64,000 nucleotides of DNA from contig OZ025686.1 of the NCBI GenBank assembly GCA_964019335.1, positions 434,001 through 498,000 on the forward strand, given 5' to 3'. This document shows, piece by piece, positions 33,816-48,000 of this stretch (position 1 is the stretch's first letter; each line of letters begins with the position of its first letter). Position numbers and translations under genes: made by a program. Source of the stretch: Diplonema japonicum. Lineage: Eukaryota > Protista > Euglenozoa: Diplonemea. The notes beneath the pieces were generated by a model, which worked only from the letters and a program-made list of their open reading frames with translations, was not told the origin of the DNA and ran no database searches.

Positions 33816-35968
33816 CTATGTTCTCTCATCGTTGTCTCTCATCCATGCCAGCCAACCAGAAGATGCATTGATGCCTGCCTGTCCTGGCTGACCTTGGTCC
33901 GGTCCGTGCCCTTGACCTTTGAAGTAAGTTCGTGTAACACAACATAAAGCATACCGTATGGTGCCATATATGCGGGTGGCTGTGCATACCCCCCTTGCGG
34001 GTAGGGGTCGTAGGGACTGTACCCACCCTGTGCAGGTGGAACTAGGTTCGGAGGAGGTGCATCACTTGGTCCAGAGCCCCACCTGTCAGCAGGCATCATG
34101 CCGCTTTGCGATGGAGGTGGCGCCCCATACGGCTGGTGTGTTGGGGGTGTGTAGTATGGCTGCGGAGGCTGGTGATGTTGTTGCTGGTGATGTTGTTGCT
34201 GGTGATGTTGTTGCTGGTGATGTTGTTGCTGGTGATGTTGTTGCTGGTGATGTTGTTGCTGGTGGAATTGTTGATGTTGATGTTGATGTTGATGTTGGTG
34301 GTGGTGGTAATGTTGGTGGTTCTGTGGCGGGTGTTGATGCTGGTGATGGTGGTGGTGGTGGTGGTGATTCATGTACACATTATCTGGAGGTTGTCCTGAA
34401 GGCAGAGGCATGTTCATGAACGGGTTGCTCCCCAGAGCATCGAAATTAGGTTGTCTGGGCACCCCTGGGACCGGGGGTGGCGTGGCAGCTGAAGGGGGTG
34501 CCCCCCCTGAGCTGGAGGGGTTGTTGAGAAGCGTCATCTGGTTCCATGACACGGGAGGGGGACCCTCACCGGTGCGTGCACCCCAACCCTTCTCTTGCGG
34601 TGCCACAGCGTCGTAGAGAACACAGCAGGCAACCGCTGCGACGGACGTGACGAGTGAGACGGATGGGATCTGCTCCCTGTCGTCCATGAGGCTGGGACAT
34701 ATCCTCTGAATCCTCTTCAGACACTCCTCCGTAGAGGGTCGCATGCCAGGCTCGAGGGAGAGCATCTCCTTCACGAGCCTCGCCATCTCTGCCTCTTCGC
34801 CCTTGACAGCATCAAGGGCTTTCATGAGATAGTCACCTTTCACCACTTTCATAAGCTGCTGGTGACGCTCTGCTTTCTTCTCTCCTGTCTCGTTGGCTTC
34901 AGCATCCACCAGTTTGAGGATGTCGGTGGGAGGGCCGCACAGCACTATGAACATAATCATTCCACATGCGTAAATATCGATCTTCGGGGCGTGCTTCAGC
35001 GGGCAATGCCACTCCTCCTTGTCTACCATCTTGCTCAACGCCTCAACGGGAAGATACATCGCAGAGCCGCAGCTTGGTGTGACAGAAATAGCAGGTGAAC
35101 CCACGGGGGACAGTGTTCCCGGTGTGGCCCCTGGGCCCGGGGAAACGGCAGGATCGAAGACGTGTCTTCTGGGGTCAGATCTCTGTTTTGTGTACTTCGC
35201 TTGTCCGAAATCAATGAGCTTGATAATAAAGCGTTTCTGCCCCGCGATCGGCTTGATCATGATGTTCTCCAGTTTGATGTCTCTGTGGATGATACCCTCT
35301 TTATGGATGAACTGGATGGTGGTAAGCAGCTGCTGGCCGAGTATAGCGAGGTCCCTGAGGGGGAGCAGGGGAACAGTCCCATGGCGTGAGTGGGACGTTC
35401 TGTCAAGGAAGCTGAACAGCTCTGTGCCCTCTGCGAGCTCCATGACGACGTAAATGCACTGCGTGTCGTGGAAGGTCGCGATGTACGAAGGGAGGTTTTG
35501 GTTGCGCTCGATGGAGAGCTCTTGCATGATGGCGATCTCAATAAGCAGTCGAGATCTTGCCTTGGCAAGCCGTTTTCTGGCAAGGTTCAGCTCGTCGGTG
35601 GTTACACACCCTTTCTTCAATTCCTCTGTCATGAAGAACTTGTTCTTTTGCATGATCTTCACCGCAACGCACACCGGATCTCCCTTCTTCCGCATCTTAT
35701 AAACCTTTGCGTAACTGCCTTCACCCAAAAGTGCTTTAGCACTGTCTGTACATGTCCGCCCCGACCCCACTTCCACGTACTCAAAGTGTTCAATCCGCAA
35801 GTCGCCGTTTGCATGATGTGCCAGTGCCTGGTCGAGTTTCATTACATCTGCCGCTGCCTCCTCTCCCTCCTCGACCTTCCTCACCTGCACCCCGCCGTGT
35901 GTTGGCATTGCCAAAGGGGCCACGGGGCCCTTCCCCTTCCCTCCACCCGGCTTCCGGGGCCCGCTCAT
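33816..35968 (-). CDS. Ser/Thr kinase (CAMK-like) with His/Gln/Pro-rich tail (~704 aa)
   Basis: LGEGSYAKV, VAVK, IIHRDIKLEN, IDFG. Probable intron at 33917-33954 (GTATGC..AAG) gives C-terminus GQGHG...DNDERT. Confidence 0.88.
34168..34264. repeat. Coding 15-bp tandem repeat (QQQHH x6)
   Basis: (GCTGGTGATGTTGTT) six perfect copies. Confidence 0.95.
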
Positions 35969-36078
35969 CTTATACCTAAAATGTCAATGATAGGTTTGGC
36001 AGGAGGCATTTGACAGAAACACTTGAACCAAATAAAAGATACTTAATGTAACAAGGTGATTACCTCTAACGCACTGCA

Positions 36079-38508
36079 CTAGAAGTAAGCAGTGTCTTGT
36101 GTTGGCGCGGCCTGGGGCTGTGCAGGTGCCCGAGGCGTAGGGGTATGTGGTGCCGGTGCAGCATAGGCAGGGACTTGCTGGAAGGTGTAATCCTGCACGT
36201 CGCCGGGACCGTGATAGTGGGCGGCGGGGGCATGGTAGCTGATTTGAGGGGCAGCTTGAGCCGCTTGCTGCATCTGTTGGATGGGGTTGTTCATCTTCCA
36301 TTCGATAGTGGAGGCAGCCATCTGCAGCAATTTCTTCTTGTCCTTCTGGTCGTTGGTGCCAACCGTCGCAAGGACCTGGCTCATCGTGAGCGGTGCCGTG
36401 TGGTCCTCCTCCTTGTCGTAGTCGTCTTCGGACTCCCTGTCGCTGTCTGGCGGGTTGTCACTGTCTCTGTCACTGTCGCAGAACACAAAACCAGGCGACA
36501 CACACTCCTTGGGCCTTATCTTTGTGGACCCGAATCGTGCGGGTTTCGGAGGTGGGGCCTTGTACTCCTGCAAGTTAACATGCCAGAACATAGCTTAGCA
36601 TACCTCAATGAACGGACCGGCCATTGCTTCGAATTCACCAAAGTCCAGGTACGAGATGGGGAGGCAGTGCAGGTTCTTCCCCACCCTTGACAAGAACTTT
36701 ACCTGCGATATGAATTTGAAAAAGAGAGAAAGAAAGACTGTCGTGCATACCATAGGGCCGTCATCAGGCTCGATGGTGACGTCTACGCTGGATTCAATAT
36801 TCTTTTGTGTCAGCCAACTGTGTTGATGTGAAAGGAACGTCGGTGCATACAATTTGTGGATTGCCCACAACGACCGGTACACGTGCGACCAGTCTCCTTT
36901 TCTTGAGTACTTTGTTCTGAAGTTGTCGCCTGCCTTGTCCACAAGTGCAGCGAGATGCGCAAGATCGTCATCGTCCATTTTCGGGTCACCCCCGTACTCT
37001 CTCGTGTTCTCGAGCACCTTGTAGCTCATCTGACTGATCTGCGCCACCTGTGAGTGCATTGCTGTGGCAGCAAATGCCAAGCATACCGTGCTAGTCCCTT
37101 TCCCTTCCTTACCCAAAAGCATCTGCATCCCGACACACATCTTGGAGTTCTGATGTTTTGGCAGGTTATGGCCAGGGACAATCTGTAAATGATTTACACG
37201 AAGATTTAAACGACATACTTTCCCGCATTCCGGGCAGGGTGTTTCAAGCCACGAAGGGGTCTGTCCTGGCTGTGGGGGAGGGTCTTCAGACAGCCTGACA
37301 ACGATCCTCCCCTCCTCTCTCGTCACCTGGAAGGTGGTTGGTGTGTGCACGTCGATGAACTCTCTGACCGACTTAATCCTGTTCGAGAGTGATTTGATCT
37401 CAGGAATCTTGTTGTTCAAACGACTCAACTCAAGAGCACCACCTGCCTCTCTCACGGCATCCCTCAGGAAGACCACACCGTCCACGTAATTACCGATCTG
37501 AACATCGGTCTCGGGGTCACGGGGGAAGCTCGCAGGCATTTTCGGCCACTTTTTCTCATCCACCTTCGGTGCAATGAACCTATGTTTGATCACAAGCCTT
37601 GCCAGCTTCTTCTTCATCGCGTGTCTGATCTTCTTAGGGTCTGTCTCGTTGGGGTCCAGTTCCGTGTCCGCTTCATGTCCGTCCTTCTCGCCACGTTTTC
37701 TCTTTGCGTTCTTCAGAATTTCCTGGAGGTTCGCTTTTCGGTTGCGGAGGTAAGTAGCAGAATGATCAACGGGCGGTGCCTTAATGTGCCCCTGGGGCGC
37801 ATTTGGCTGAGGGCGCGGGACTGGGACGGGCATTTGGACGGGCATGGGGGGAGCGATTTCATCCTTGGTGGGGGGTCGCAGGGGAACCTCTCCTCGCAGG
37901 GCGTCTTCGATTACTTCAGGACGCTCGTCCCAGGCGTCGAGGGTACGGCCCAATTCACCAGGCTCATCAGGGACACGCTCTCTAGGTGCTTGGCGGGCGG
38001 GAGCGACACGTACGCGGGGTGGCTCTGGGAGTGCTTGGGGAGGTGCGTCGGAGTGAACCTGTCGGTTTGGGTCGTCCTGCTGGGGCATGTGCGCATCAGA
38101 AAGGGACGCTGGGGCCATGGCTGCTTGCTTGGAGGCGCTGAGAATAGCACCCACGTCATCGTCACCGAAGAGTTCTCTCCATGTCCCCACCATGCGCTCG
38201 TATTTGTTCGCAACAGTGGCATCACCCCACGGGATGTGAACCGACGCCAGCTGCACCAGATCGTGCTGCACCCTGGGCGCCACCGTGGTCCTGCCGAAGC
38301 TGGTCGTCTTGATCACCGCATCAAGCAAATACCACCCTGCAAGCTTCTCCTTCCCGACACCATTCTTAATTTTTGTGTACAACATGTCAACAATCAACTC
38401 CACGCTCGACGGGAACATCGCAGCCTCTTTCGCCAGCGCTTTGATCACACCACTCTGCGGCTCCCTCAGTGCCATCACCCTGGCCGTGTAGGCCGCTATG
38501 TCAGCCAT
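36079..38508 (-). CDS. CID (Pol II CTD-interacting-like) domain protein with C2HC zinc finger (~745 aa, 5 introns)
   Basis: N-terminal KLAGWYLLDAVIK...KYERMVGTW resembles Pcf11/Nrd1 CID. Introns 37183-37218 (restores CPECGKIVPGHNLPKHQNSKMC), 37048-37086, 36818-36850, 36703-36750 and 36568-36603. Confidence 0.78.
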
Positions 38509-38703
38509 CTTGTTTACTGATGCCTGTGGAACGTTGGCAATCCACACCTCGTGTCGCGAAACAAGTATACAATTTAGAAAGAAGAAAAAAAGGGAGAAGC
38601 GGATAGAGGGCACATAATGGTAAGGCACTAGTCTAAGAGCCGTTACTAGATACAAATAGTACAACAAACTTTACAACGAGATCGCTGAAATCGAATTTTT
38701 AAA

Positions 38704-40120
38704 TTAACCAAATGTTACTGACTTGTGGGGACGCTTGGTAGGGGGCGGGTGCCGCGTCTTGGGTGAGGCCCCTCTTCGTCTGGAAGGAGAGTTGGACCGC
38801 GAGCGGACAACCGGGCGGTTCGTGGGGCTCTTGAGGCCTCGTGTCCGCGGTCGATGACGTGGTGTCACGGGATTGGGGTGTTTGGGGGAAATAGTCGTTC
38901 TGGGACGTGACTTGGGCGATCCAAGCGACGGCCTTCGCGGCTGTGCGCTGTTTGACTTAGGCGATCCCAGCTCGGGTGCAGTGGGGACGGAACCGATGGG
39001 AAAACTGTTTATGCTCCTTGACCGCGAACTGCCACCAAAGTACTTCAGTTCAACAAGCTTGTCGCTATCGAGCCGCAGGTCCCGTGGGGTCCTGTTGAGA
39101 TCGATCACCTGGTTCCTCTCATCACACAGCACGCCCCTCTCGTCCCCAACGTAGCTTAAGAGGACCCGCATCTTCTGGTCGTCATAGATGTGTACCACCA
39201 CAGGGTCCACTGTGTTCGGTGCTGAGATGCTGAAGTACACCTTCTCCACGGAGCGGGAGGGTATGGAGTACACCTCTCGGGTGTTTTGTTTGTTGCTTGC
39301 GATACTCGCTTCGAGGGCGTCCTTTTCCATCCGAAGGTTGTTGTACTCCTCCAAGGGCACCACGGGGCCCACACTGTCCCTGCTACTGCTGCTCATCGCA
39401 GACCCTTTAGATTCATACACTTCTCGGTGACGTGATGGTCTGTTGTTGCCTGAGTACGTGGCAGGGATGCTCTGCGCACTGGGGTGTGCTTGTTGCTCGC
39501 TTGTCGCAACCACGACAGGGTACGCAGGGGTACTGGGCGGCGCGGGTGGAGGCTGCACTAAGAACTGAGAACCTTTTATTTAAAAGAAAAAAAAAAAAAC
39601 ATAGTCATATTATTTTTTTTTCTATAAATACCTGGCGGCAGCATGGGCGGTGTAACATTGAAAGGCCTCCCGTCCAGTCCTATCACAGTTAGTGGCTGGC
39701 CTGGGATGTGGTACTTAGGGATGGTAGTAGAGAACTGCTGAACACTGCCATGAGGCTGGGTATCAAGGCTGTGCGACTGGAGAAGTGTGGTGTTGGGTAG
39801 CGTTGTGTACCCTTGGTGCACTTCACTGTAAGCAGGTTGTTGGGGTTGTAAGGGTTGCTGCTGCACTTGCGACTGCGACGTCCCGTATCCCGGCACCGGG
39901 ACAGGCACAGGGACATGGACAACCGACAATTGCTGAGGGTTACCTGCGCCCCCCCAGCTGGACACGGACGGCCCACTTAGCATCTCGTCCTTCACATTGC
40001 GAGTTGCATTCAAAATTTGCATCTTTTTTTTAATTATTTATTTTTTTTCCTTGTTTCACATACTTCAGTGGTTAGCTTCGCGACCTCGTTCTTCAGATCC
40101 CTCACCCCGAAGCCGGACAT
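38704..40120 (-). CDS. Pro/Ser/Arg-rich protein with possible ubiquitin-like domain (~438 aa, 2 introns)
   Basis: Three ORFs joined in frame by introns 40023-40063 and 39573-39631. VYFSIS...QVIDLNRTPRDLRLDSDKLVEL is SUMO/ubiquitin-like by pattern. Confidence 0.7.
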
Positions 40121-41078
40121 TATGTGTACCCCTTTTGTGCTTGTGTTGAAGAAGAAACAAGAACTTACAAAAAAGGAAAGCAGGAACAAAAGGAGGAAAG
40201 CTCTCACGATGCGCTTGAAGCACTGGGTAGCGGGAAACCCCAAATAGGGGAATGAGTCACCTGGTGCTTTCAGGGGAGTGGGGGTTAGTTTTTTTTTTTG
40301 CGGCAGCGGAGGCAGCGATAAAGATTTTACCTCTCCCCTCCCTCTTCCTCCTCAATACTCCTTGTAGGAGAACTTTTTTTTTTCATTTCTTTTCATTTCT
40401 GCTTTTTCGAAAGCTTGGCGGAGGGAAACATAAAGAAAATGGAAGAAAAGAAAATAGCAAACGGAGTACAAGAAAAAAGAAAAGAAAAGTAACGATCGAG
40501 AAGGCACCCTACAGAATAACGGCACGATGCATTGGCAGGAGCACCCGCAGAATAGCCTGACAACACTGCTGCTTACAGCGACGGGGGGAAGGGGGGGATA
40601 ATTATATATAAGAGATAAAGGAGGCCCCCGTTGGTGGCGCCCTGTTGAAAATATTAAACAAACAAACAAAGAAGAGGAGAGAACGAAGAAACGAGACTGC
40701 TACCCCTCCCTCTCCTGTGTTGCCTTCCCCACCACCCCCCTTTATTATTGGGAGTACCCTATGTAACCGCTGGGGGTGTATAAATTGTGTAAAAAAAATA
40801 AAAAATGAAAACCAATCTAAATGTTAACCACAGTACTGAAAACACCCCCCTTCACGGCAACGCAGCAGCCAGGTAAGGTTTGATGGCTCTCAAGAAGTCA
40901 AAAACTGAATGCACCTTTTTTTTTTTTTTAAATTCCCTTCTCTCCTTTATTCACATACTTGCAGCACAATGCCTTTTGTGACTATCAAAGGCACCTTAAC
41001 ACTTGTCCCGTCGCTGAGTGGTATAGTGGGCGTCTTAAGCGTGAGGAGAAGGTATCTTTGAGTTATTTTTTTTTTTTA

Positions 41079-41723
41079 TTACCCCACCCTTGTTATATAC
41101 CCCGTGACATCAACGGACGCATTGTCCCAGGGAAGGATGGAATTTTCGTTATCGAACTGAGCCGACAAAGGGGTGAGGGTGTTGATGGCTGTATGTGGGA
41201 TCTGCGCGTGAAGCAAAGAGGCACAGGATGATATGAGATGTTTCACATGCAAAGCGGACGGCGTGATGGCCGTCTGGGAATCTTGATACATGGGGTTCAA
41301 AGAGGCGAAGGGTTTATGTAGGGTGGCTTTTGCCTTCGCTAAAGGGACTGTGCGAGGGATGACTAGGACTGTCAAGTCGCCGAGATCAGAGTCGTCTACA
41401 GCACAACGCGACCCAAGTTGAGGGTTTGCACATCGTATATCGCAGCCGTTCACACGGTACTTCAGCATGACTACGGGGATCGTCTCACCTACTTCCACTT
41501 TATGCAGCCCTCCCACTTTCAGCTCTGTCGCTGCCCTTGCTTTGTCTTCTTGCGTCCCGTAGTCCGAAACCCCTTTACCCTTCATGATACTTTTGCCTCT
41601 GTTCGTGTCGCTGCTATCGCTCCCGATGTTGTAATCATGAACCCTGTCCGACCTCCCCGGCTGGAGATATCCTTCCTCCACCTCTGGGCTTGCATCTATG
41701 TTTAGCGACTCTACCAATCCCAT
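41079..41723 (-). CDS. Hypothetical protein
   Basis: 214-codon complex-sequence frame between low-complexity spacers; no motif recognised. Confidence 0.65.
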   Translation of the reverse strand: MGLVESLNIDASPEVEEGYLQPGRSDRVHDYNIGSDSSDTNRGKSIMKGKGVSDYGTQEDKARAATELKVGGLHKVEVGETIPVVMLKYRVNGCDIRCANPQLGSRCAVDDSDLGDLTVLVIPRTVPLAKAKATLHKPFASLNPMYQDSQTAITPSALHVKHLISSCASLLHAQIPHTAINTLTPLSAQFDNENSILPWDNASVDVTGYITRVG

Positions 41724-42044
41724 TTCCCTGCGCGTTGTTGTTGGTAGAACCGAGGGGGGGGGAATAAAAAAGCAAGAAAATGCGCGTACAAGTGGAAAGG
41801 GGGGGAGGAGAAACAACATTGGATATATATATTTTTTTTTTTATTTTTTCTTCTTTTTTTAGACATAATAAAATATGGAGTATTACAAAAAAAATGTTAC
41901 GACAATAACGAATAAAAGAGGCAGACAGCGGGGGGGGGGGGGGTTTCTACGAGATTTCTTTTTTATATATTTTTTCATTCCAATACCCGCTAGTGCCTCA
42001 TAACAAATTTAACTCTAAAAAGGGGGGTTAACTATCTAATGGTT

Positions 42045-45000
42045 TTACTGTGGGGGGGAAATGATAACTGTTTTGTTCGTCCGCCGCTTTTCACGCATCT
42101 CCCTGAACCAGTCAGGGGCATAAGAGGTGAAGCTAGAAGCAGGATGGGCAGATGCAGTAGAGGTGGATGCAGTTAACTGTATTGGTTCCGCCGCAACAAC
42201 CACAGGCTGTGCCACACTCCCTCGCACTCCTGCGCGGGTCCCTCGTGGAGTCAAGGGCGCCGTCCCAGTAGGGGGGTTCACCCTCATCCGATTTGGCGTT
42301 GTTCTACCCCTATTTGTCCCTTGGTTCACTCCAGCAGAAGAGCTTCGCCTTGCAACAGCGGGCGCTTTACTAACTGTGGTTCTCTTTGGAGTCACGGACC
42401 TTGCTACGGGTGCGACAATGACAGGCTTCGCAGGAGTTATAGAATTGTGCGAGAGTTGATGCAGCTTTTTCTCGAGCTCTGCGATCTCTGTGCTGAGCTG
42501 ATGCGATAGAGAGGTGGGACGTGGTGTCTTGGCCCCTGCATTGCACCTACTGCGCTGTGGTGAAATGGAACGCGACGGGACACCCACAATCCTCACAGGG
42601 GAGATGTCCCGCTTGGCTATCAACGGGGCAGACGTAGTAGCAGGCGGAATAGGTGACATGGGCAGGGATGGTTCTTCGTTCCTCCTGCCGCCAGACAACG
42701 ACCGTGCCCCTTCGAAGGCAGCAGGCACGCTTTGCATTTCATGAGGCGCTCTCCCCTTCTTCTTTGCGTGACCTACTAACACGTTGATGTTTTGTCTTAT
42801 AAACTCATAAGACCCTGCGGCATTCTTCGGCTCTTTCGCCGGTTCGGGTATCCTGTGCAGCCCAAAGGCCTGCATCACTTTCTCGTCAGGCTGAAACTTC
42901 GCCGTCGAAGCGCCACAGTGCAACTTCTCCAAAGCAGTGTAGTAGTTGCTTATGATGGACCGTATCTTGCTTTTGATGCTGTGGATTGTGTTGTGGCAGG
43001 TCGTCATTGCAGAAGCATATTCTGGGTTCTTCTTGGTTAATATCTTGAAGGAGGACGAGTTGATAGGCTGCAGTTCCTTCAGGCCCTTAGACGCCTCCAT
43101 GAAAAGGTCCCATATCTGCTGTATGAGCTCGGGACGTGACTTCATGATGAAGAGTTGGTCGTCCTGTGTCCGCACAACGTCGTCTTTCTTCTTGTGAGCT
43201 TCGACAGCTTCGCGTAGCGACATCCCATCGCCCTCGACCGACTCCTGGATGGCAAGGATATCAGCTTCTGCTTTCTGACGCCAGATTGACTCCTCCTCTA
43301 GCCTGCTTTCCAACTCGCTGAGGGCCACTTCATACTGGTTCATGATGGTGTTAGTCTCTTCTATCCTGCTCTCGTGCTCCATGCGCATACTGTTCACGTT
43401 CCTCTCCATGAGGCATGCGTTGTCGCTCAGGTTCGACTTCAACATGTCGATGTCCTTCTCTGACTCTTGGAGCATCGCTACTAGCTTTGCGTTCAACTCG
43501 TTTGCTTCCTTCTCATCAGATCGAGCCTGTGGTTTTGTAGCTTTCTTAGCCTCCTCCGTGCCATACCTTGAGAAGGTGTTCCTCCAGCATGTCTGTCGCT
43601 GCTTTGAGTTCTTGCACCTCGAAGCTCTCTTCATCCTGTTGTTCTATCGTTGTCACCTATCATGGAGTGAGTCGTGCAGCGAAAGCACACCTTGAAGTTG
43701 TCGTAATCCTTCTGTAACTGTTCCATGGTATACTGTGTTTTCAGCAGTTCCTCACGTGTGGCTTCCAGTGTTTCGTTCATAGTGCTTGCACGTTCTTCTA
43801 GGACACTGATGTCTTGTCGTGCCGTCTCCAGCTCGGCTAAAGACTTGCTCAGCTCGTGCTTCAAATTGTTTGCTTCTTCCAAATGTTCTGTGGTTTGCAG
43901 TTTCTCTCTCTCAAGCCCCTCTCGCAGCACATCGTTGTCCCCTTTAATCGAGAAGAGCATGTCGTTTGCAGCGTTCAGGTGCTCCGACAGCATCCCCACC
44001 TCTTCACGACACCGCTTCTCACTGTCACGCATGCCTTCTAGTTGTTCTACCTTCTCATACAGTTTGTCTTCGGCATTCTGTGTACAGTGTTGATAAGCAA
44101 CAACAAACATACGCATGACATGTTCTTGCTGCTCTCCTGCAGCTCCCGCAGCTTGCAGCGCAAGTTCTCCGCCCCTGCCCTGGCTTCCTCCAAATCGCGC
44201 TCGGTGTGCTCTCTTTGGATGATCACACGTTCCGTCTCCTGTGCGGGTTCAGGTGTTGGTGCATAAACATACCATGTGCGCTATTTTTATTTCAGTCTCA
44301 GATTCTTTCATCTGGAGATCCAGCCTCTCCTTTAACAGCTGACATTGTGCACTGTGGAACTCCTCATTAGTGGTGTCATTTTTGATGCTGTCCCACTGCG
44401 CTGCCATGTCTTCCTTCAGCTTTTGGATGGCAGTCTGGCACTCGCCCACCTTGCTATTTGACGCTTCCTCACGCTCCCTCGCGCCTGCGATCTCTTTATC
44501 CTTCTTATTAATCTCTGCTTGCAGGTCCTTGACTGCCTCTTCCAAAGTGGATATCACTTCTGCGCGTTCGAACCCTGAATCATCAATGATCCCAAGGGCT
44601 TGTGTCTTTCTCTCTTCAGCTTCCTTTGTTAGCACCACTGCTTCGTCAGCACACATCTCAGCTTCCTTTGTTAAAAGTATCGCCTTTTCTTGCTCATTGT
44701 GAAGCATTTCCTGATGCTCCTGCAGCCTGCGCTCTGCTTCCTTCGTCCTCAGATCCGCCTCTTCCATCCGTTTTTCTGACTCCGCGCTCCGTGTAGCCGC
44801 TTCCTCTGCAATCAAAGCCGCTTCCTCCGCACTCGCCTCTGCGTCTTCCGTCCGCCGTTCCATCTCCCGAAGCACACCCTCAAGCTCGTTCCTGATCGAC
44901 ACTTCCTCGTTCAGTTTGGCTTTCAACTCGCTCATCTCCTCCTCAGACTGTGCTATTGCCTCCTCCAGACGCTCTTCTGTTTGTATCTTGTGTTGTGTGT

Positions 45001-48000
45001 TTCTCGTTCCTTCAAGCCCCTTCTCAAGCAGCACGATCTTTTCCAATGTGTTTTCGTACTTCTGCTTCTGCACGGTGAGTGTATCTTCTAGCTGCTCGTT
45101 GGCCTTCTGCTGTTCCTCGATATCCTTTAACAACACTGTGGCATATTCCTCCACAGCATCTCGCTCTGACTGCAGTTGACCGTTTTCTTCTTGCAAAGCA
45201 CAGAGGGCTACTGACAAAGCCGTGTCAGCTTCGGCAGGGGGGCACTCATGTCTCGCTACCTTGGCTTCCTCTAGTTCCTTGCCGAGTTCAGCGATTTTCT
45301 TTTCGTTTGCTCCCGCAGTGAGGGTCAGCATATGCACATCCTCCTCGCTTGCTGCGAGTCTTCCCTGCTGTGTCTCCATCGCCGCCCGTTCCTTTTGCAG
45401 GATGTCCTCCAGCTCACCAAGCTCTTGCTTTGAAAGCATTAGAGTACTATTAACTACCTGCAGCTCCTTCTTTGTAGCGAGGGACGCTTGCCGCTCGATT
45501 TCCAGGTTTTTCTTGCTTTCGTCAACCAGCTTCGCAGCCTCCGTTAATGCCGCTTCGAGCTCCTTGACCCTCGCCTTGTTAGAGTCTAGCACGTCGACAA
45601 GAGACAACGAGTGCACTTCGAGTGCATTGAGCTTGCCAGCTGTAGTCTTCAGGTTCTCTTGCAGCTCGGTAGCGGTGTTGGTGACTTGAAGGAGCTCATC
45701 ATTTTTCGTAGCTAGTTCAGCATCTTTTTGGCCGAGATTCTCGATGTGCCTTGCTACTTCATCTCTGTTGGCGGCCAACTTCTCTTTCAAGTCTGCCACG
45801 ATATTCAGTGTCTCGCTTTCATCGGAAGCTTGCCCCTCGAGTTCGCTTGCTCTTTCCCTGTTGCGCTGCGCCTCCTCTACGAGGTCCCGCTGCTGTGTTT
45901 CCAGTTGGGAGAGTTTTGCTATCGTGTCAGTCAATTCTTGTTGCAGAGCCATTCGCAGCGTTGCTTGTTCGCCTTCTGAAGTCTCCATTTGTTGTTGGTG
46001 CTCAAGTGAACTGGAGTTCAGCTCTTTCTGTATGTGTTCGTTGACGTCTTCAGCCTGCTTAAGCGCTGCCAGCATCTCACCTTTCGCGGAGAGAAGGTCA
46101 GCGACACACGCATCAAGCATCTTAACTCTCTCTACTAGCGACCAGATGAGTGCTTCATTGTAGCTGTTCAGCTTGTCCCCATCAGCTTGGTGCTCCGTGT
46201 GTGTAAGGCTAGCATGGTAGTGTGCAGCTTTCCGGTTTCCGAGATCCTTTTGAATACCTAACACTTCCAGGTGTAGTGCTTCCTCCCTGTCATCTGCCTC
46301 TCGGAGGGACGACTCGACTTGTTCCTTACTTTGTGCGAGTGACAGCATCAACTCTTGTATCTTAGTATCTTTCTCCTTCATTTCGTCATCAAAGTTAGTT
46401 AACTTCCCACTCAGCACTGAGATAGTGTCCTCCAGGGACTCTGCCTTCCTTTGTTGTTCTCGTTTGTAGACGTTCATGTCATCCAAGTGGTCCTCCTTGA
46501 GCTTCCACACAGTCCTCTTCAGAACAGAGTGCTCGTCTGACTGATCTTGCAGGTTGCCTATCTGTGCTTGGAGACGTTCTTTGTCAGCAGTGAGCTCCCC
46601 GATCGCATCCTGAGTATTTGTTACTTGCTTCTCGAGTTCGTGTTTTGCTTTTTCTGTTGAAGCTAATTCTTGTTCTGTCACCTTGAGTTTATCCTGCGCG
46701 GCAGCCACTTGGCTGTTTGCTTCTTCAAGACAGGCTTCTGTCCTTGTCACCTTCCTGTCAAGCTGGGCAATTTCCTCCTCATTGTTCCTTACCTGACCTC
46801 TCTGCACATTGAGCGCTTCGGAGAGCTCATCTTCTCGCTGCTGCATGCTTCGGATCTTCGCCTGTTGCTTCGTCTTTTCTGCTTCTACTTCATGCAGCTC
46901 TTCCTGTGCCTGGTGCAGCCTCCGCTGCAAGATCTCAACCTCCTCAGGAGAGACGCTCTTGTTCTGCATATTTGCTATCTTCCCTTGTAGGGAGGTGTTT
47001 CTGAGACTCAGGTCTTCTTTTTCGAGCTGTGTTTTCAGGAGCTTTCTCTTACCTTCATCAGCCTCTTCTTCAGCACTTCTGAGGTTCTTGCGCAGCTTTT
47101 CCTGGTGGTCTTCTGTTGCGAAGAGTTCTGCTTGGTATTGCTTGGTCTTCTCCTCAGAGCGCTCTTTAAGCTCTACCGCCTCTTTCAACTCAAGGCTCAA
47201 CTGGCGTGCTTTCCGTTCTGTGTTGTCCTTTTCGCTGATGAGGTCTTTGTGCTCGCTTGTGAGAGTTGTTAGTCGCGTGTTGAGGTTCTCGGACTGCAAA
47301 GTAGCTTCCTCATGCTCCAGTTTGCTCGATGAAAGCTGCCTTCTCAAGTGCATTGTTTCCTCCTCCTTGGTGAGGCACGCCAGTTTCCATTTTTCCGTTT
47401 CCTGCTGTTGTTCGCTAAGGTCTTGTTTCAGTTGGCTTGCTCGTTTTTCTAGCATCACTCGGTCGGCTGCAGAGCATTCGACGTCTGTGTGCGTCCTTCG
47501 GAGATCCTTGCTTAGCTGCGCTAGAGCACCCTCTGCGGCCTGCTGCTGGACAATGGCTGTTTGTGTCTTACAGTTAAGTATCGTAAACTGCTCCACTAAA
47601 GAAGCAGCGAATGCCATGGCTACACCGCACCTATCCCTTGCCTCCTCCTCGTCCAATGCTGCTAGGTTGAGAGTGCAGTCTTGCATCAAGATGTGCATCG
47701 CTAAAGACAACTCCTGTTGCTGCTGCTTCTGGTCGCGGTATTTCCGGACGCGCATCACATCGTCTTCTTCATGCCCCGCTGCCACCAGCATCTGTTCCTT
47801 CCCGTCTCGGATCTCTTCCTCGAGCTTTGATGTGTAGTACTTCAGCGTTGCTACCGTCTCTTCGAGGTTTTTCTTCTCGTTAGTCAGAACGGACACCTCC
47901 AAGTGATGTTGCTCCTTCAGCAGCTTCCATTCAGCGTCAAGTGGCTTGTTTCCTTGCAAGGTGTCCACGTGGCCGCCGCGCAGTGCTTGAAGCTCGTGTA

